DNA from: Myxococcales bacterium
Lineage (GTDB): Bacteria; Myxococcota_A; Polyangia; Polyangiales; Polyangiaceae
Direction: 5' to 3'
Assembly: GCA_016703425.1 (NCBI GenBank)
Contig: JADJCA010000011.1
Span: forward strand, 58,050-122,049
DNA length: 64,000 bases
The notes under the pieces are model-generated. The model was not told where the DNA came from and made no database searches. It saw nothing but the letters and a program-made list of their open reading frames with translations. A program made the translations under genes and the position numbers. Positions 9,280 through 20,300 of the stretch are shown here, piece after piece (the stretch's first letter is position 1; each line of letters starts with the position of its first letter).

Positions 9280-12200
9280 ATGGCACGCGGCATCGGAGCT
9301 CGTCCGGAACGACGCGAGAAGGTCTTGATCGTGGTGGGCAACGTGACCCACGCGATGGACCTTACGCTCGCCTTCGAGACCGCGGGCTTCGTGGTCACGA
9401 GCTGCGGCACCGTCGGCGCCGGGTGCGAAGCCGTCTCCGAGAATCGCTTCGATGTCCTCGTGATGGAGCACGAGCTCCCCGACGGCTACAGCGCGCTCTT
9501 GTTGCGCCTCGTGCGCGCGATGCCGGGAACGGCGAAGCTGCCCATCATCGCGCTCTGCCGCGAGGACGAGCTCAAGGGCAGCTCCGTCGGCGTATCGCTG
9601 TCGCCGATCGCATTTCTCGAGCCTTCGCTCTCGAGTGGTGACGTCGTCGAGGCCGCTGAGCGCTTGCTGCGACCGAGACCGGCGCAGCCGGTTATCGTCC
9701 CGAAGCGCGGCACGACAGCGCCGCAAGCCCGCCCCAGTCTGCCGCCCTTGGCGCGAAGTCCCGCGCCCGCACCGGTACCCTCGATGCCGCCGGCCTCGGC
9801 CGCGGGCCCTTCGTCGGTGCGCGCGCAGCAGCAAGTCGCATCGGAGCGACCGGCCAAGGGCGCCAACAAGGCCGCGCGGATCCTGTGCGTCGACGACAGC
9901 GCGACGTACCGGTACTCGCTGAAGAAGCTCCTCACGGCGGAAGGTTACGACGTGCTCATGGCGTCGTCCGGCGAGGACGCGCTCGAGCGCCTGGGCCGCG
10001 AGCTCGTCGATTGCGTCTTGCTCGACCGCATGATGCCCGGGCTCGGTGGTCTCGAGACCTGCAAGATCATCAAGCAGACACCCGAGTGGCGAAACGTCCC
10101 CGTCGTCATGCTGACGGCGACGGAGAAGCGGGAAGCCATCATCGAGGGCCTGAACGCGGGCGCCGACGACTACATCGCGAAGTCCAGCGACGCGGAGGTC
10201 CTTCGCGGTCGCGTGCGCGCGCAGGTGCGGCGTCGTCACTTCGAAGACGAGAACCGCGCGATTCGCGAGGAGCTGCACAAGAAGGACATCGAGACCGCGC
10301 GCGAGCAGGCCGCCAACCGGGCCAAGAGCGTCTTCCTCGCCGTCATGAGCCACGAGATCCGCACGCCGATGAACAGCATCATCGGCATGACAGAACTCGT
10401 CTTGAAGACCGACCTCTCGGACGAACAGCGAGACCTTCTGAGCTCGGTCATGACGTCGGCTGAGTCCTTGCTCTACCTGCTCAACGACATCCTCGATTTC
10501 TCGAAGATCGAGGCGGGCAAGCTCGAGCTCGATCCCATCGACTATCGCCTGCGCTACGCCCTCGGCGATGTCATGAACGCGCTGGCGATCCAGGCTTCGA
10601 CGAAGGGCCTCGAGCTCGGCGCCCACGTGGCCCCCAACGTCCCCGACGGCCTCATCGGCGATCCGGGGCGCCTCCGGCAGATCATCGTCAACCTCATCGG
10701 CAACGCCATCAAGTTCACCGACAAGGGCGAAGTCGTTGTCTCGGTCGTCGTCGAGGAGCAGCGTCAAGATTCGGTGCTCCTCCATTTTGCCGTACGCGAT
10801 ACCGGCATCGGCATCGACCCGATGAAGCAGAAGGTCATCTTCCAGCCCTTCGAACAGGCCGACGGAACCACGACGCGGCGCTACGGCGGAACAGGCCTCG
10901 GTCTCGCCATTTCGGCGAAGCTCGTCGAGATGATGCAGGGCCGCATCTGGGTCGAGAGCACGCCCACCAAGGCGAGCACCTTCCACTTCACGGCGCACTT
11001 TGGCCTCCAGGCCAACACCGGCGTCGGTGATGCGCCATCCCTCGCGGAGCGGGTCCGCGGCACGCGCGTCCTCGTCGTCGACGACAGCGCCACGCAACGC
11101 ACCATCCTCCAGGACATGTTGACGCAGTTTGCGTCGCGCGTCTTTGTCGTCGAAGACGGCGCCACGGCGCTCACGCACATGGAGCGTGCGTTGTCGGAGG
11201 GCGAGCCCTTCGAGATTGTGCTCATCGACAGCGACATGCCGGGCATGTCAGGCATCGAGCTCACCGAGCAGATCCGGATTCGGCCAGCCCACGCGCGCAC
11301 ATCGCTCATCCTCCTCAACCAGTCAGGCATGCGCGGTGACGCCTCGAAGTGGCGCGAGCTCGGCATCGCTTCGTCGCTGCGAAAGCCGGTGAAACACTCG
11401 GACCTGCTCGACGCGATCCTCCTCGCGCTCGACGCGAACGTACGAACAGCGCCGCGGGCGCACCCCACGGCAGCGCCCTCGACCTCGTCTCAGCCCCCGA
11501 GCTTGCCGGCCGCGGCGGCGGCCCCGAAGCCGTCGACGCCACCGCGGCTCACCCGATCGCTGCGGCTCCTCTTGGCCGAAGACAACGCCGTCAACCGCAA
11601 GTTCGCGACGCTGCTCCTCGAGAAGATGGGCCACCGGCTAACGGTCGCCGTCAACGGTCGCGAGGCCGTCGAGATGATGAAGGCCCAGAGCTTCGACGTC
11701 ATCTTGATGGACGTGCAGATGCCCGAGATGGACGGCCTCGAGGCTACCGGCGCCATCCGTGCCCTGGAGAAGACGACGGGCGATCATATTCCCATCATCG
11801 CCATGACCGCAGAGGCGCTGAAGGGCGACCGCGAGCGTTGCCTCGACGCCGGCTGCGACGACTACCTCACCAAGCCCATTCGGTCCGAGGAGCTCGCCGG
11901 GGCCCTTGAGCGGTGGGGCAAGGGACGCGGCGAGTCGCTGGCGGACGGACCCGAGTCCGCCACGCCAGCCTCGGTGCCGACGAAGAGTCATGGCGGCGTG
12001 CCAGCGATCAAGGGCCTGCCGCCCCCGCGCCTCCCGTCACTCCGGCCGGCGAGCTTCACGCCGGCGCCGCCGCCGTCAGCGCCCTCCTTGGGGCATCAGG
12101 CACCGCCGTCGGTGCAGCCGCGCACCTCCCCCGTGAGCGCATCGGCGGCCCCGCGTCCGGCGACTCCGGCGCCGCCGCACGTGTCGCCACGCAGCGCTCC

Positions 12201-12630
12201 CCAACCCGTGCCTCCCGCGCCAGCGTCCTCGCAGTCGCTGCCCCCGGTTGTACGGACCTCCCACGACGAGCCTCGCTCCTCGAAGCCGCAGCCGCCGCGC
12301 CCCGGGCCGCCACCACCTCCGGTGCCCAGCGCGCCGAGGCTCGGTCCGCCGCCGCTACCGGCGGCGGCGCGCAAGGCCGAGCCGCCCAAGGTTTGCGGCC
12401 CCCAGACCGCCGGCGCCGCCGGCTCCGGCCCGACCGCAAGCGCCGCGGCCCGCAGCGCCCGAGCCGACCGTCGAGTCGACGCTTCACGACTACAAGATCG
12501 CCGACACACCCCCTCCCCCTCCCCAAACGCCGCCCGCGCCCGCGCCAGCGCCAGCGCCGGAGGTCGTGGACTACAGCAAGCCCGCGTTCATTCTCCACGA
12601 AGCGTTGACGCGCGCCGCCGGCGACGCTGA
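9280..12630 (+). CDS. hybrid sensor histidine kinase: pseudo-receiver, Pro-rich linker, REC, coiled coil, HisKA, HATPase_c, REC, REC, long Pro/Ala-rich linker. Frame-1 tail after about 12400 looks non-coding.
   Basis: H-box [19 protein letters not shown] plus N/G-box (HATPase). Three canonical receivers with DD...D...K. The N-terminal receiver-like domain has Glu at the phospho-Asp position. The C-terminal frame-1 stretch (about 12400-12630) has low GC3, while frame +1 is coding there. Confidence 0.75.
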   Translation: MARGIGARPERREKVLIVVGNVTHAMDLTLAFETAGFVVTSCGTVGAGCEAVSENRFDVLVMEHELPDGYSALLLRLVRAMPGTAKLPIIALCREDELKGSSVGVSLSPIAFLEPSLSSGDVVEAAERLLRPRPAQPVIVPKRGTTAPQARPSLPPLARSPAPAPVPSMPPASAAGPSSVRAQQQVASERPAKGANKAARILCVDDSATYRYSLKKLLTAEGYDVLMASSGEDALERLGRELVDCVLLDRMMPGLGGLETCKIIKQTPEWRNVPVVMLTATEKREAIIEGLNAGADDYIAKSSDAEVLRGRVRAQVRRRHFEDENRAIREELHKKDIETAREQAANRAKSVFLAVMSHEIRTPMNSIIGMTELVLKTDLSDEQRDLLSSVMTSAESLLYLLNDILDFSKIEAGKLELDPIDYRLRYALGDVMNALAIQASTKGLELGAHVAPNVPDGLIGDPGRLRQIIVNLIGNAIKFTDKGEVVVSVVVEEQRQDSVLLHFAVRDTGIGIDPMKQKVIFQPFEQADGTTTRRYGGTGLGLAISAKLVEMMQGRIWVESTPTKASTFHFTAHFGLQANTGVGDAPSLAERVRGTRVLVVDDSATQRTILQDMLTQFASRVFVVEDGATALTHMERALSEGEPFEIVLIDSDMPGMSGIELTEQIRIRPAHARTSLILLNQSGMRGDASKWRELGIASSLRKPVKHSDLLDAILLALDANVRTAPRAHPTAAPSTSSQPPSLPAAAAAPKPSTPPRLTRSLRLLLAEDNAVNRKFATLLLEKMGHRLTVAVNGREAVEMMKAQSFDVILMDVQMPEMDGLEATGAIRALEKTTGDHIPIIAMTAEALKGDRERCLDAGCDDYLTKPIRSEELAGALERWGKGRGESLADGPESATPASVPTKSHGGVPAIKGLPPPRLPSLRPASFTPAPPPSAPSLGHQAPPSVQPRTSPVSASAAPRPATPAPPHVSPRSAPQPVPPAPASSQSLPPVVRTSHDEPRSSKPQPPRPGPPPPPVPSAPRLGPPPLPAAARKAEPPKVCGPQTAGAAGSGPTASAAARSARADRRVDASRLQDRRHTPSPSPNAARARASASAGGRGLQQARVHSPRSVDARRRRR

Positions 12631-12919
12631 CCTCTTGAAGGAGGCCATTGGCATTCTCCTCGAAGATGCGCCGCTACAGCTTCGCACGCTGCGCGACGCC
12701 TACGGCGCGCACGACCTGCAGACCGTGCAGCGCCTCGCCCACGGCCTCCAGGGCGCCGTGGCGAACCTCGGCGCCAGCTCCATGGCCGCTGGCCTTCGCG
12801 ATCTCTCACACGCGGCCCGCGACAAGCGTGAGGACGCCATCGACCCGCTGCTCGATCGCGCACACCGCGACTGGACCGCTCTTGAACGAGAGCTTCGCAC
12901 CTGGGTGGCGAGTCCATGA
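12566..12919 (+). CDS. Hpt (histidine phosphotransfer) domain, either the true C-terminus of the hybrid HK via a +1 frame change near 12380-12440, or a stand-alone Hpt protein from an internal GTG
   Basis: Frame-2 ORF 12248-12919 is coding (high GC3) from about 12420. The Pro-rich linker continues in this frame and ends in an Hpt-like four-helix region ([34 protein letters not shown]). The GGAGG before GTG 12566 is only 2 nt away, a poor RBS, which favours the frameshift reading. Confidence 0.5.
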   Translation: MDYSKPAFILHEALTRAAGDADLLKEAIGILLEDAPLQLRTLRDAYGAHDLQTVQRLAHGLQGAVANLGASSMAAGLRDLSHAARDKREDAIDPLLDRAHRDWTALERELRTWVASP

Positions 12920-13860
12920 AGGTGCTTGTCGTCGAGGACGACGTCACCACACGCCTCCTGCTCAGCGGCACGCTGCGGAAGTGGGGCTACGAGGTGACGA
13001 CGTGCGCCGACGGCGAAGACGCTTGGGAGGAGGTGAAGAAGCGAGAGACTCGCCTCGTCATCACCGACTGGGAGATGCCTCGCCTCGACGGCGCAGGACT
13101 CTGCAAACGGATTCGTACGCAGCTCGGCTCGACCTACGTCTACGTGCTTCTTTTGACGAACTACAAAGACGCCGATCACATCGTGCAAGGGCTGAGCGCC
13201 GGCGCCGACGATTTCATCTCCAAGCCCTTCAATCCGCTCGAACTGCAAGCGCGGATGGCGGTCGGTCAGCGCATCCTGCTCTTGCAGGATGACTTGGTGG
13301 AGAAGCACCGCGAGCTCGAACGCCTCAATCAACAACTGGCGCGCATCGCGGCGACCGACGCGCTCACGCAACTCGGCAACCGCCGAAGCTTCGATGAAGC
13401 GCTCGCGCGAGCCCACTCGCTCGCGCTTCGTCACGGCCGCGCCTACGGCGTCCTGATGGCCGACCTCGATCACTTCAAGAGCATCAACGATCGCTTCGGC
13501 CACGCCATCGGCGACAAGGTCCTCGCAGAAGTGTCGGCCGCCTTTCGCAACGCCACGCGGAGCGAAGACGAGCTCTTTCGCTACGGTGGCGAGGAGATCG
13601 TCATCCTCACGCGGGAGCAGACGACGGCGGGCCTCACCTCCTTATGCGATCGGCTGACGACGGCGGCCGCGGCCGTGAGGATCACGGCGGCGGACCACGT
13701 GCCGGTCGCGATCACGGTGAGCGTGGGCGCTGCGCTCTACGACGGCCGAGAGCGCGTAGAAGGCGTCGCGCTGGTGGGCCGCGCCGACGACGCGCTCTAT
13801 CAAGCCAAACACGCGGGGCGAAACCGCTTCGTCCTCTGGGACGAGACGCCCGCGACTTAG
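12916..13860 (+). CDS. response regulator with receiver and GGDEF domains (PleD-like diguanylate cyclase)
   Basis: REC (VLVVEDD..D..MP..DG..KPF) followed by GGDEF with an RYGGEEI active-site motif. Its ATG overlaps the Hpt stop (ATGA at 12916-12919). Confidence 0.85.
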   Translation: MKVLVVEDDVTTRLLLSGTLRKWGYEVTTCADGEDAWEEVKKRETRLVITDWEMPRLDGAGLCKRIRTQLGSTYVYVLLLTNYKDADHIVQGLSAGADDFISKPFNPLELQARMAVGQRILLLQDDLVEKHRELERLNQQLARIAATDALTQLGNRRSFDEALARAHSLALRHGRAYGVLMADLDHFKSINDRFGHAIGDKVLAEVSAAFRNATRSEDELFRYGGEEIVILTREQTTAGLTSLCDRLTTAAAAVRITAADHVPVAITVSVGAALYDGRERVEGVALVGRADDALYQAKHAGRNRFVLWDETPAT

Positions 13861-13916
13861 ATTGCCGTTTGGAATCCGCCTCCGGCCGGCGGCGCCCGCG
13901 CGAGGCGCGTTTCGCC

Positions 13917-15161
13917 TTAACTGCCGAGCTTCGCCTGGAGACTGCGGAGTCGGTCGATCAGGAGATCGTAGGTCGCGGGGCGCTTGCCGGCCTCTTGGTC
14001 GAGCATCCAGCGCACGACGTCGACGAACTCGTGCGCGTAGCCCGGGATCGTGTCGGGAATGGTGACCGGCTCGTAGCGCGCCTTGCGGCCCGTGGTGCGG
14101 TCGCGCTCCGTCGAGAAGGGAGGCTTGCCGGTGGCGCCGTGCAGCATCGTGACGCCCAACGCGTAGACGTCGACCCGGAAGTCGACCTTGTCAGGCTGGG
14201 AGACGGCTTCCGGCGCCATGTAGCCGCGCGTGCCGACGACGGTGCGGCGCACGCGATCGAGGGAGCTCGGATCGATCGTCGTCGGAGTGGCGAGACCGAG
14301 GTCGACGATCTTGGTCATGCCGTCTTTGGCGAGCATGATGTTCGCGGGCTTGATGTCCCGGTGGATGAGGCCTTGCGCCAGGCCCGCCTTGAGCCCCACG
14401 GCCACGTCGAGCGCGACGCGCAGGAGCGCTGCGGGAGGCAGCGGACCGTCGCTGGAGATCGCCTTCGAGAGCGTTCGGCCCTCGATGTATTCCATGACGA
14501 CGTAGGTGATGTTCTTCGTGTGCGTGACATCGAAGACGCGAACGACGTTGGGGTGATTGATCTTCGCCGCGAAGCGAGCCTCTTCGCAGAGGCGGTCGGC
14601 CAGCTCGGGGTTCTTTCGCACGACCTTCGAGCGAAGAAGCTTCAAGGCCACAGGCATGTGCAAGAGCAGGTGGGTCGCGCGGAAGACTGCGGCGAAGCCC
14701 CCGGTCCCGAGGAGCTCTTCGATGCGGTACTTGTCGATGATCGCGCCGACGCCGGGGAGGTCCGTCTCGACGGGCGCGACCGCGGTCCGGGGGCGCGTCT
14801 TGTCGGTTGCCTTCTTCTTTCGACGCGCCAGCGATGCGATGCTCTTGGGCCGCATCTCCGGCGTAACCGGCGGCGCTGCCGTGAGCACCTCCGCCGGCGA
14901 GTAGGTCGACGCGGGCAGCACGAAGGCATCGGTCGGCAGGACAGGGTCGATGGGCAGGAGCGCCGCGAGCGTCACCTCACGCGGGCGGACAATGTCCGAA
15001 CGAAAGAGACCGTGCAGGCTCCCCTCGATCCGTTGCGACTCGTCGACGGACTCGCCGAGCGACTCCACCGAGTCTTGGCCGCCGGACTCTTGCTCCGTGC
15101 CCAGCGGCTGCGAGACGCGTTCGATGGCTGCCCGGGCGCCGCCTTGAATGTTCGGATCCAT
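13917..15161 (-). CDS. Hanks-type Ser/Thr protein kinase (last gene of the che operon)
   Basis: Track ORF trimmed to the ATG at 15161 with a GGAGGAGCGAGG RBS. Kinase subdomains present: GxGxxAxV (GTGGFAAV), VALK, HRDIKPAN, DLG, GTRGYMAPE. Confidence 0.8.
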   Translation of the reverse strand: MDPNIQGGARAAIERVSQPLGTEQESGGQDSVESLGESVDESQRIEGSLHGLFRSDIVRPREVTLAALLPIDPVLPTDAFVLPASTYSPAEVLTAAPPVTPEMRPKSIASLARRKKKATDKTRPRTAVAPVETDLPGVGAIIDKYRIEELLGTGGFAAVFRATHLLLHMPVALKLLRSKVVRKNPELADRLCEEARFAAKINHPNVVRVFDVTHTKNITYVVMEYIEGRTLSKAISSDGPLPPAALLRVALDVAVGLKAGLAQGLIHRDIKPANIMLAKDGMTKIVDLGLATPTTIDPSSLDRVRRTVVGTRGYMAPEAVSQPDKVDFRVDVYALGVTMLHGATGKPPFSTERDRTTGRKARYEPVTIPDTIPGYAHEFVDVVRWMLDQEAGKRPATYDLLIDRLRSLQAKLGS

Positions 15162-15220
15162 GCCTCGCTCCTCCGGCCTGGCAGGCGGCACCCCGCCCGC
15201 GCCATTTCCGCCTTGCTGAC

Positions 15221-16711
15221 TCACGTCTTCGCTCCGCTCGCGCCGCGACCCCAGAGCTTGATGCCGTCGACCAGCAGGTTGCGAAGCTCGGCGTGGCCGA
15301 CGCCAAGCTCCCCTTGCACCACGCGCACGGCGGAGCCGCCGTCCTGGATGGCCGACAGCTCGCTCACGTTGCCCTCGAGCGCCGCATTGCCAACCCACAG
15401 CGTCGACGGCGGGATGAAGTGGCGGAGCCAGCCTTCAAGGTCGACGCGCGCCTTGGTGCCCACGGCGAGGAAGTCACCGTCGGGCGGCGCGATGAGCACG
15501 AACGAAGGGACGCGGTGGAGGTGCGCCCGAAACGCGTTGGGGTTGCGCACGTCGACGAGCACGATGTCGACGAGGCGTTCGTGACGCAGGAAGAAGGAGA
15601 GGCCGAAGGCCTTGCTCTTCTCGGACAAGCTCCCCAAGACCCACTTCTCCGTCGGCGGCGCTGCGATCGAGAGCATCGCGGAGACACCGGCGGCAAGATC
15701 GGCGAGAAAGAGCACGTGCAGTCGGTCGCGTCCGCCTTCGACGCGAGTCCACTTGGCGAGCTCTTCGTAGGTGAAGAGGCGCAGCTCACCGAGGGTGAAG
15801 CCATCGCCGACGCCGAGCTCGAACTGCGCCGCAACGAGGCGCGTTGGCGTGAGCGGTGACACGAGCTCGGCGTCGCCGCCAAGCGAGGGGCGCGGCGGTC
15901 GATGCGTCGTGCGCACGGGAGCGCCGGTGAGCTGTTGCGAGTGACGTTCCGTGTCGAGGAGGCGAGCGCCCTCCATGATGAGGCCCGTGACGGACTCCTC
16001 GATGGTGAAGGAGTCGACGGTCACTTCGCAGGGCCCGGGCAAGAACTCGAACTGTCCTTGGCCCTCGGCCATGAGCTTGAAGAACGCCTCGGAGCCCACG
16101 AGATTTCCGTAGACCGCGTGAACGACGCGGCCTTCGTTGAAGAAGACTTCGCCGACGGCGCGGCGGGTGCCAACGGCGAGCGTGCCGGTTCGTCGCCCCA
16201 TCTCGAGGATAACGACGAGGTCAGGGAACGCGATGGCGGAGAAGTCGCCGGCGAGGTTGTAGGCGCGGCGTCGCCATGCGTCGCGGACGCGCCGCTGGCG
16301 CCCAATTTGCGCGTCGACGCGGGCCACGAGCTCCGCCTGATCGCAGGGCTTGACGAGGAAGTCGTCGGCGCCGGCACGCAGTGCGAGCACCTTCGTGGTC
16401 ACGCGACTGTCGGCGGAGAGGAAGACGACAGGGATGTTCCGGAGGCGGCTCTCTTGCGCCAAGCGGCGCACGAGCTGAACCCCGTTCATATCGCGGAGGT
16501 CGGTCTCGGTGATGATGAGGTCGACGAGCTGATTGCGGAGGATATCGATGGCGCCGGCGGCGTCTTCGACAGTCTCAACGGCAAAATTTCCCGCCTTCGA
16601 AAGGGCGCCTTCGACGAAACGTCTTGAGACACCGTCAGGATCCACGACGAGGACGGTCGCCGGGCCATCCTCAGGCACCGGCGAATTGTCAGGGGCTGAC
16701 GACCTCGTCAT
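15221..16711 (-). CDS. response regulator with N-terminal receiver, PATAN/DUF4388 domain, and a C-terminal domain of unknown function
   Basis: REC with a phospho-Asp context (VDLIITETDLRDMNG) then a DUF4388-like segment (DLVVILEMGRRTGTLAVGTRRAVGEVFFNEGRVVHAVYG...GSEAFFKLM). Confidence 0.65.
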   Translation of the reverse strand: MTRSSAPDNSPVPEDGPATVLVVDPDGVSRRFVEGALSKAGNFAVETVEDAAGAIDILRNQLVDLIITETDLRDMNGVQLVRRLAQESRLRNIPVVFLSADSRVTTKVLALRAGADDFLVKPCDQAELVARVDAQIGRQRRVRDAWRRRAYNLAGDFSAIAFPDLVVILEMGRRTGTLAVGTRRAVGEVFFNEGRVVHAVYGNLVGSEAFFKLMAEGQGQFEFLPGPCEVTVDSFTIEESVTGLIMEGARLLDTERHSQQLTGAPVRTTHRPPRPSLGGDAELVSPLTPTRLVAAQFELGVGDGFTLGELRLFTYEELAKWTRVEGGRDRLHVLFLADLAAGVSAMLSIAAPPTEKWVLGSLSEKSKAFGLSFFLRHERLVDIVLVDVRNPNAFRAHLHRVPSFVLIAPPDGDFLAVGTKARVDLEGWLRHFIPPSTLWVGNAALEGNVSELSAIQDGGSAVRVVQGELGVGHAELRNLLVDGIKLWGRGASGAKT

Positions 16712-16718
16712 CGTTCAA

Positions 16719-17309
16719 TTATCTCTCTTTTCCCTTCTGGCGTGCTCCGGAGAGAATCGCGGCCGAGGCGCTAAGCTCGCTCGTCGTCCAAAGACGACTG
16801 GGGTCGAGGACCAAGCCGACGGCAGACTGAGTTCCCGGCCCTGCTCGATCGCCGAGCTGGGAGGACGGGAAGCCGTGGCTTAGCGCTTGGGGCCGAATAC
16901 GGAACACACCAGGGGGCAGCGGAATCGTCGCACCGAGCGGAGCTACGAACAAGCATTCTCCGGTGCCGACAGCCATGGGCACCTCTGAGCCGAGGTGGGG
17001 TACACGGAGGAGAACCCAGGCGATTTGCGGGATATCCAGCTCCAGCAGCGCGCCGAGCTGCCACGACGCGTAACGTTGACCAGCGACCTCAAGGAGGCCC
17101 GGAGACAGCTCTTCTGCATCAGCCTCGGCCGGAACGATGAGCGTCTGCGTTTGGATCGGCAAAACGAGGCGATCAATCCACTGGGCGGGCAGCGCGCCGA
17201 CAAAGTCCCCACACTGGAGGAAGACGCACAGCTCAGCCTTATCCGCGTCGGGTTGGGCGCCGCCCCAAGTCGAGAGGCTTGCGCCACCGCTGGAGGTCGA
17301 CGCCGTCAT
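16719..17309 (-). CDS. CheW-like coupling protein (divergent)
   Basis: About 190 aa, CheW-like core by position and weak motif similarity. ATG overlaps the cheA stop (ATGA). Confidence 0.55.
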   Translation of the reverse strand: MTASTSSGGASLSTWGGAQPDADKAELCVFLQCGDFVGALPAQWIDRLVLPIQTQTLIVPAEADAEELSPGLLEVAGQRYASWQLGALLELDIPQIAWVLLRVPHLGSEVPMAVGTGECLFVAPLGATIPLPPGVFRIRPQALSHGFPSSQLGDRAGPGTQSAVGLVLDPSRLWTTSELSASAAILSGARQKGKER

Positions 17310-20300
17310 TGCGAGTCACCCGAGTCTTGCGAGTGCGACTGCGAGTCATCACCAGCGCCCTGAGCGCCGACGGGCTTCTTCTTCGGTCCGTACTTCTCGA
17401 GAGCGCCCTCGAGCTGTCGGGCGTTGAAGGGCTTGGTCAGGTAGTCGGTGCACCCGAGCGCGCGCGCCTGATCTTGGTGCTTCTGCCCCGAGCGGCTCGA
17501 CACGACGATGATCGGGAGGTCTTGGTACGCCGGCAGGAACCGGAGCTCACGAATGAGATCGTAGCCGTGCATGCGCGGCATCTCGAGGTCCGTGAAGATG
17601 AGGTCGTAGTGACCTTCGCGAAGCTTCGACATGGCGTCGAGACCGTCGACGGCGGTGGTGACATCGGTGCCGAGGTTCGTGAGCTCCTTCTCGGCGATCT
17701 TGCGGACCGAGAGCGAGTCGTCGACGAAGAGGACGCGCACCTTGCGTTGGACCGCGGGCATCCGAAGCTGGGTGGCCTTCTTCGGGCGCTCGAGGCTCGT
17801 CGTCGTCGGCTGGAAGCGCGGACCGCCACCCGAGAGTGCGCGGCCTGCGTGGGCTTCGACGACGCCGGGGATGTCGAGGATGAGCGAGAGCTCGCCGGTA
17901 CCGCGAATCGTGACGCCGGCGAGCACCGGGTGACCCGTGAGCAGGTCGCCGAGGCTCTTTACGACGATCTCCTCTTGGCCGATCACGGCATCGACCTGGA
18001 GCATCAATCGCTGGTCACCGACGCGAAGCACGATGACAGGCCCGCGCTTCTCGGCGCTGGAGCGATCCGTGACGCCGAAGAGCTCGTCCATCGTGAGCAC
18101 CGAGACGTAGGTCTCGTCGAGCTTCACGCGACGAATGCCCGCCGACTCGACGATCACGCCTTCCTCCGCATCGAGGATGTGCTGCGCGAAGTAGAGCGGG
18201 ATGGCGTACGAGCGACCGCGACTCGACACCAAGAGGGCCTTGGTGATGGCGAGCGTGAGCGGCAAGGTGACCAAGAACGCGGTGCCCTTACCCGGCATGG
18301 TGTCGACGCGAATCGAACCGTTGAGACGGTCGACGGCGCGACGAACCACGTTGCCGCCGACACCGCGGCCGGCGACGTTACCAACGGTCGCCTTGGTGCT
18401 GAGGCCCGCGGCGAACACGAGGTCCTTGACGACTTGGTCGTTGACCGAGGTCTCGGCGGGAATGACGCCCATCTGCACGCCCTTGGCATGCAGCGCGGCG
18501 AGGTCGAGGCCGTTGCCGTCGTCGCGAACTTCAAGGACGATCTGCCCCGACTCTTGCCGTGCGGCGAGGGTGAGCGTTCCCGTCTCCTTCTTGCCGGTGG
18601 CCTGACGCGCGTTGGGCGCTTCGATGCCGTGCACCACGGCGTTGCGCACCAGGTGCAGCATCGGACCGAAGAGCGCGTCGGCGATGGTCTTGTCGATGTT
18701 GACGTCTTCACCGGAGGTGACGACGCGAACCTCTTTGCCTTCGCGGGCCGCGGCGTCGCGGACCGGGAGGCGGAGGCGCTGGAAGAGGAACTCGAGGGGA
18801 ACCATGCGAGCGCGGGTGACCTCGCTCTGGATGCCCGTCACGATGCTGCCGTGCGCTTCCGAGTCGGCCGCGAAGGCGGAGAGCTCGCGATAGAGCTGGC
18901 CGTACATTTCGTTGAAGTCGTTGCTCATCTCCGCGAGGCTTCGCGCGAGGACGTTGACGTCGTCGTAGCGGTCGAGCTCGGCGTCGCTGAAGGCGCCCAT
19001 CTGATCTTCCGAGGTGAGCTTCGCGAGCGCTGTGGCAGCGCCCTCCGCAGGCCGGTTCGCCAGTTGGGCGACCGTCTGCTGGTAGGCCGCGTGCATCTCG
19101 CCGGGGCGGCGATAGGTGAACTCGTGTTCCTCTCGGAACGACTCGACCGTATCCATGAGGCGACGACGGCTGCGTCCGAGCTCGAGTTGCAGTTGCTTCA
19201 AGACGTCGATGCGGCTCATGAGCCGCGAACGGCTGACGACGAGCTCGCCGGCGAGGTTCATGAGGGCGTCGAGGCGCTCTGTTGAAACGCGGATGAAGCG
19301 ACGATCGGCCGCGTCGGCTGGCGCGCCCGGCGCGAGCGACTCGGCGTCGCCGCTGCCCCCACCGGTGTCGACGTTGATGATGCTGACGCTGGAACCACCG
19401 GTGTGGCTGACGGGCTCGTAGGCCGCCTTGCTGCCGGCGAGGACGTTCCCGATGCGCGACTCGACGCGCGCGATGGAGGTCTCGACATAACCGTCGGCGG
19501 CCTGCCGGAGGTTGCGGCGAACGTCCTGCTGCACCTCCAAGAGGAAGGTCGCGACGGCCTTCATCGACGGAAGGATCGTCGCCTCGATGAGGCCTTCGAG
19601 GAAGGTCTCGACGCGGTGCAGGATCGCTCCCGTGGGACCGAGACCGATGGTGTTCACGGCGCCCTTGAGCGTGTGCGTAAGGCGCATCAAGGTCTCGATG
19701 GCGGCCTTAGGCTGGTTCGTCTCCTCGAGGGCGAGGATGGCGCGATCGAGCTGATCGAGCAGCTCCGAACACTCCTGGTTGAAGGCGTCGACGAGGTCCG
19801 GCTCGGCGGGTAGCTGAACGCGCTCGCGCACGACGGCTTCCTTCACGCGAGGCGCCTTGGCGGGCTTCTTCGCCGCGGCGCTGGAGAACGACGGCTCCTC
19901 GGCACGCTCCGACTGGAGCAGCTGGGTCACGCGAGCGAGGCCGCGCTGCAGAACGGCGGCCGAGGTCTTGTCGGCGCTCGCGAGCGACTGAAGGCGGGCC
20001 GCCTCCGTCGCGATGGCGTCCTCGGCGACGACGAGCGCCGAACCCTTGAGCCGGTGGAACAACTTGCCCAACTCACCGCGAACTTCGCGCGCGCGAGGGT
20101 CGGCGGCCTTGGCGAGCTCGTCCAAGTATTGGCCCGCTCGCTCGCAGAGCTCCTTGGCCTCTTCCATGAAGAACTTCTTCGCGTCACCGACTTCGCTCGG
20201 CGGCTCAGCGGCCGACGCGGGCTCCTTCGGGGACTTCGCGACGTCGAGCTCGGGGAGGTTGGCGAGCTTGAGCAAGCGACGCGTGTCGCCGAGGAGGTTC

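Noticed and set aside
9271-11178. 635-aa minus-strand ORF antisense to the hybrid histidine kinase
   Set aside because: No motifs, low GC3, entirely within a confident sense gene.
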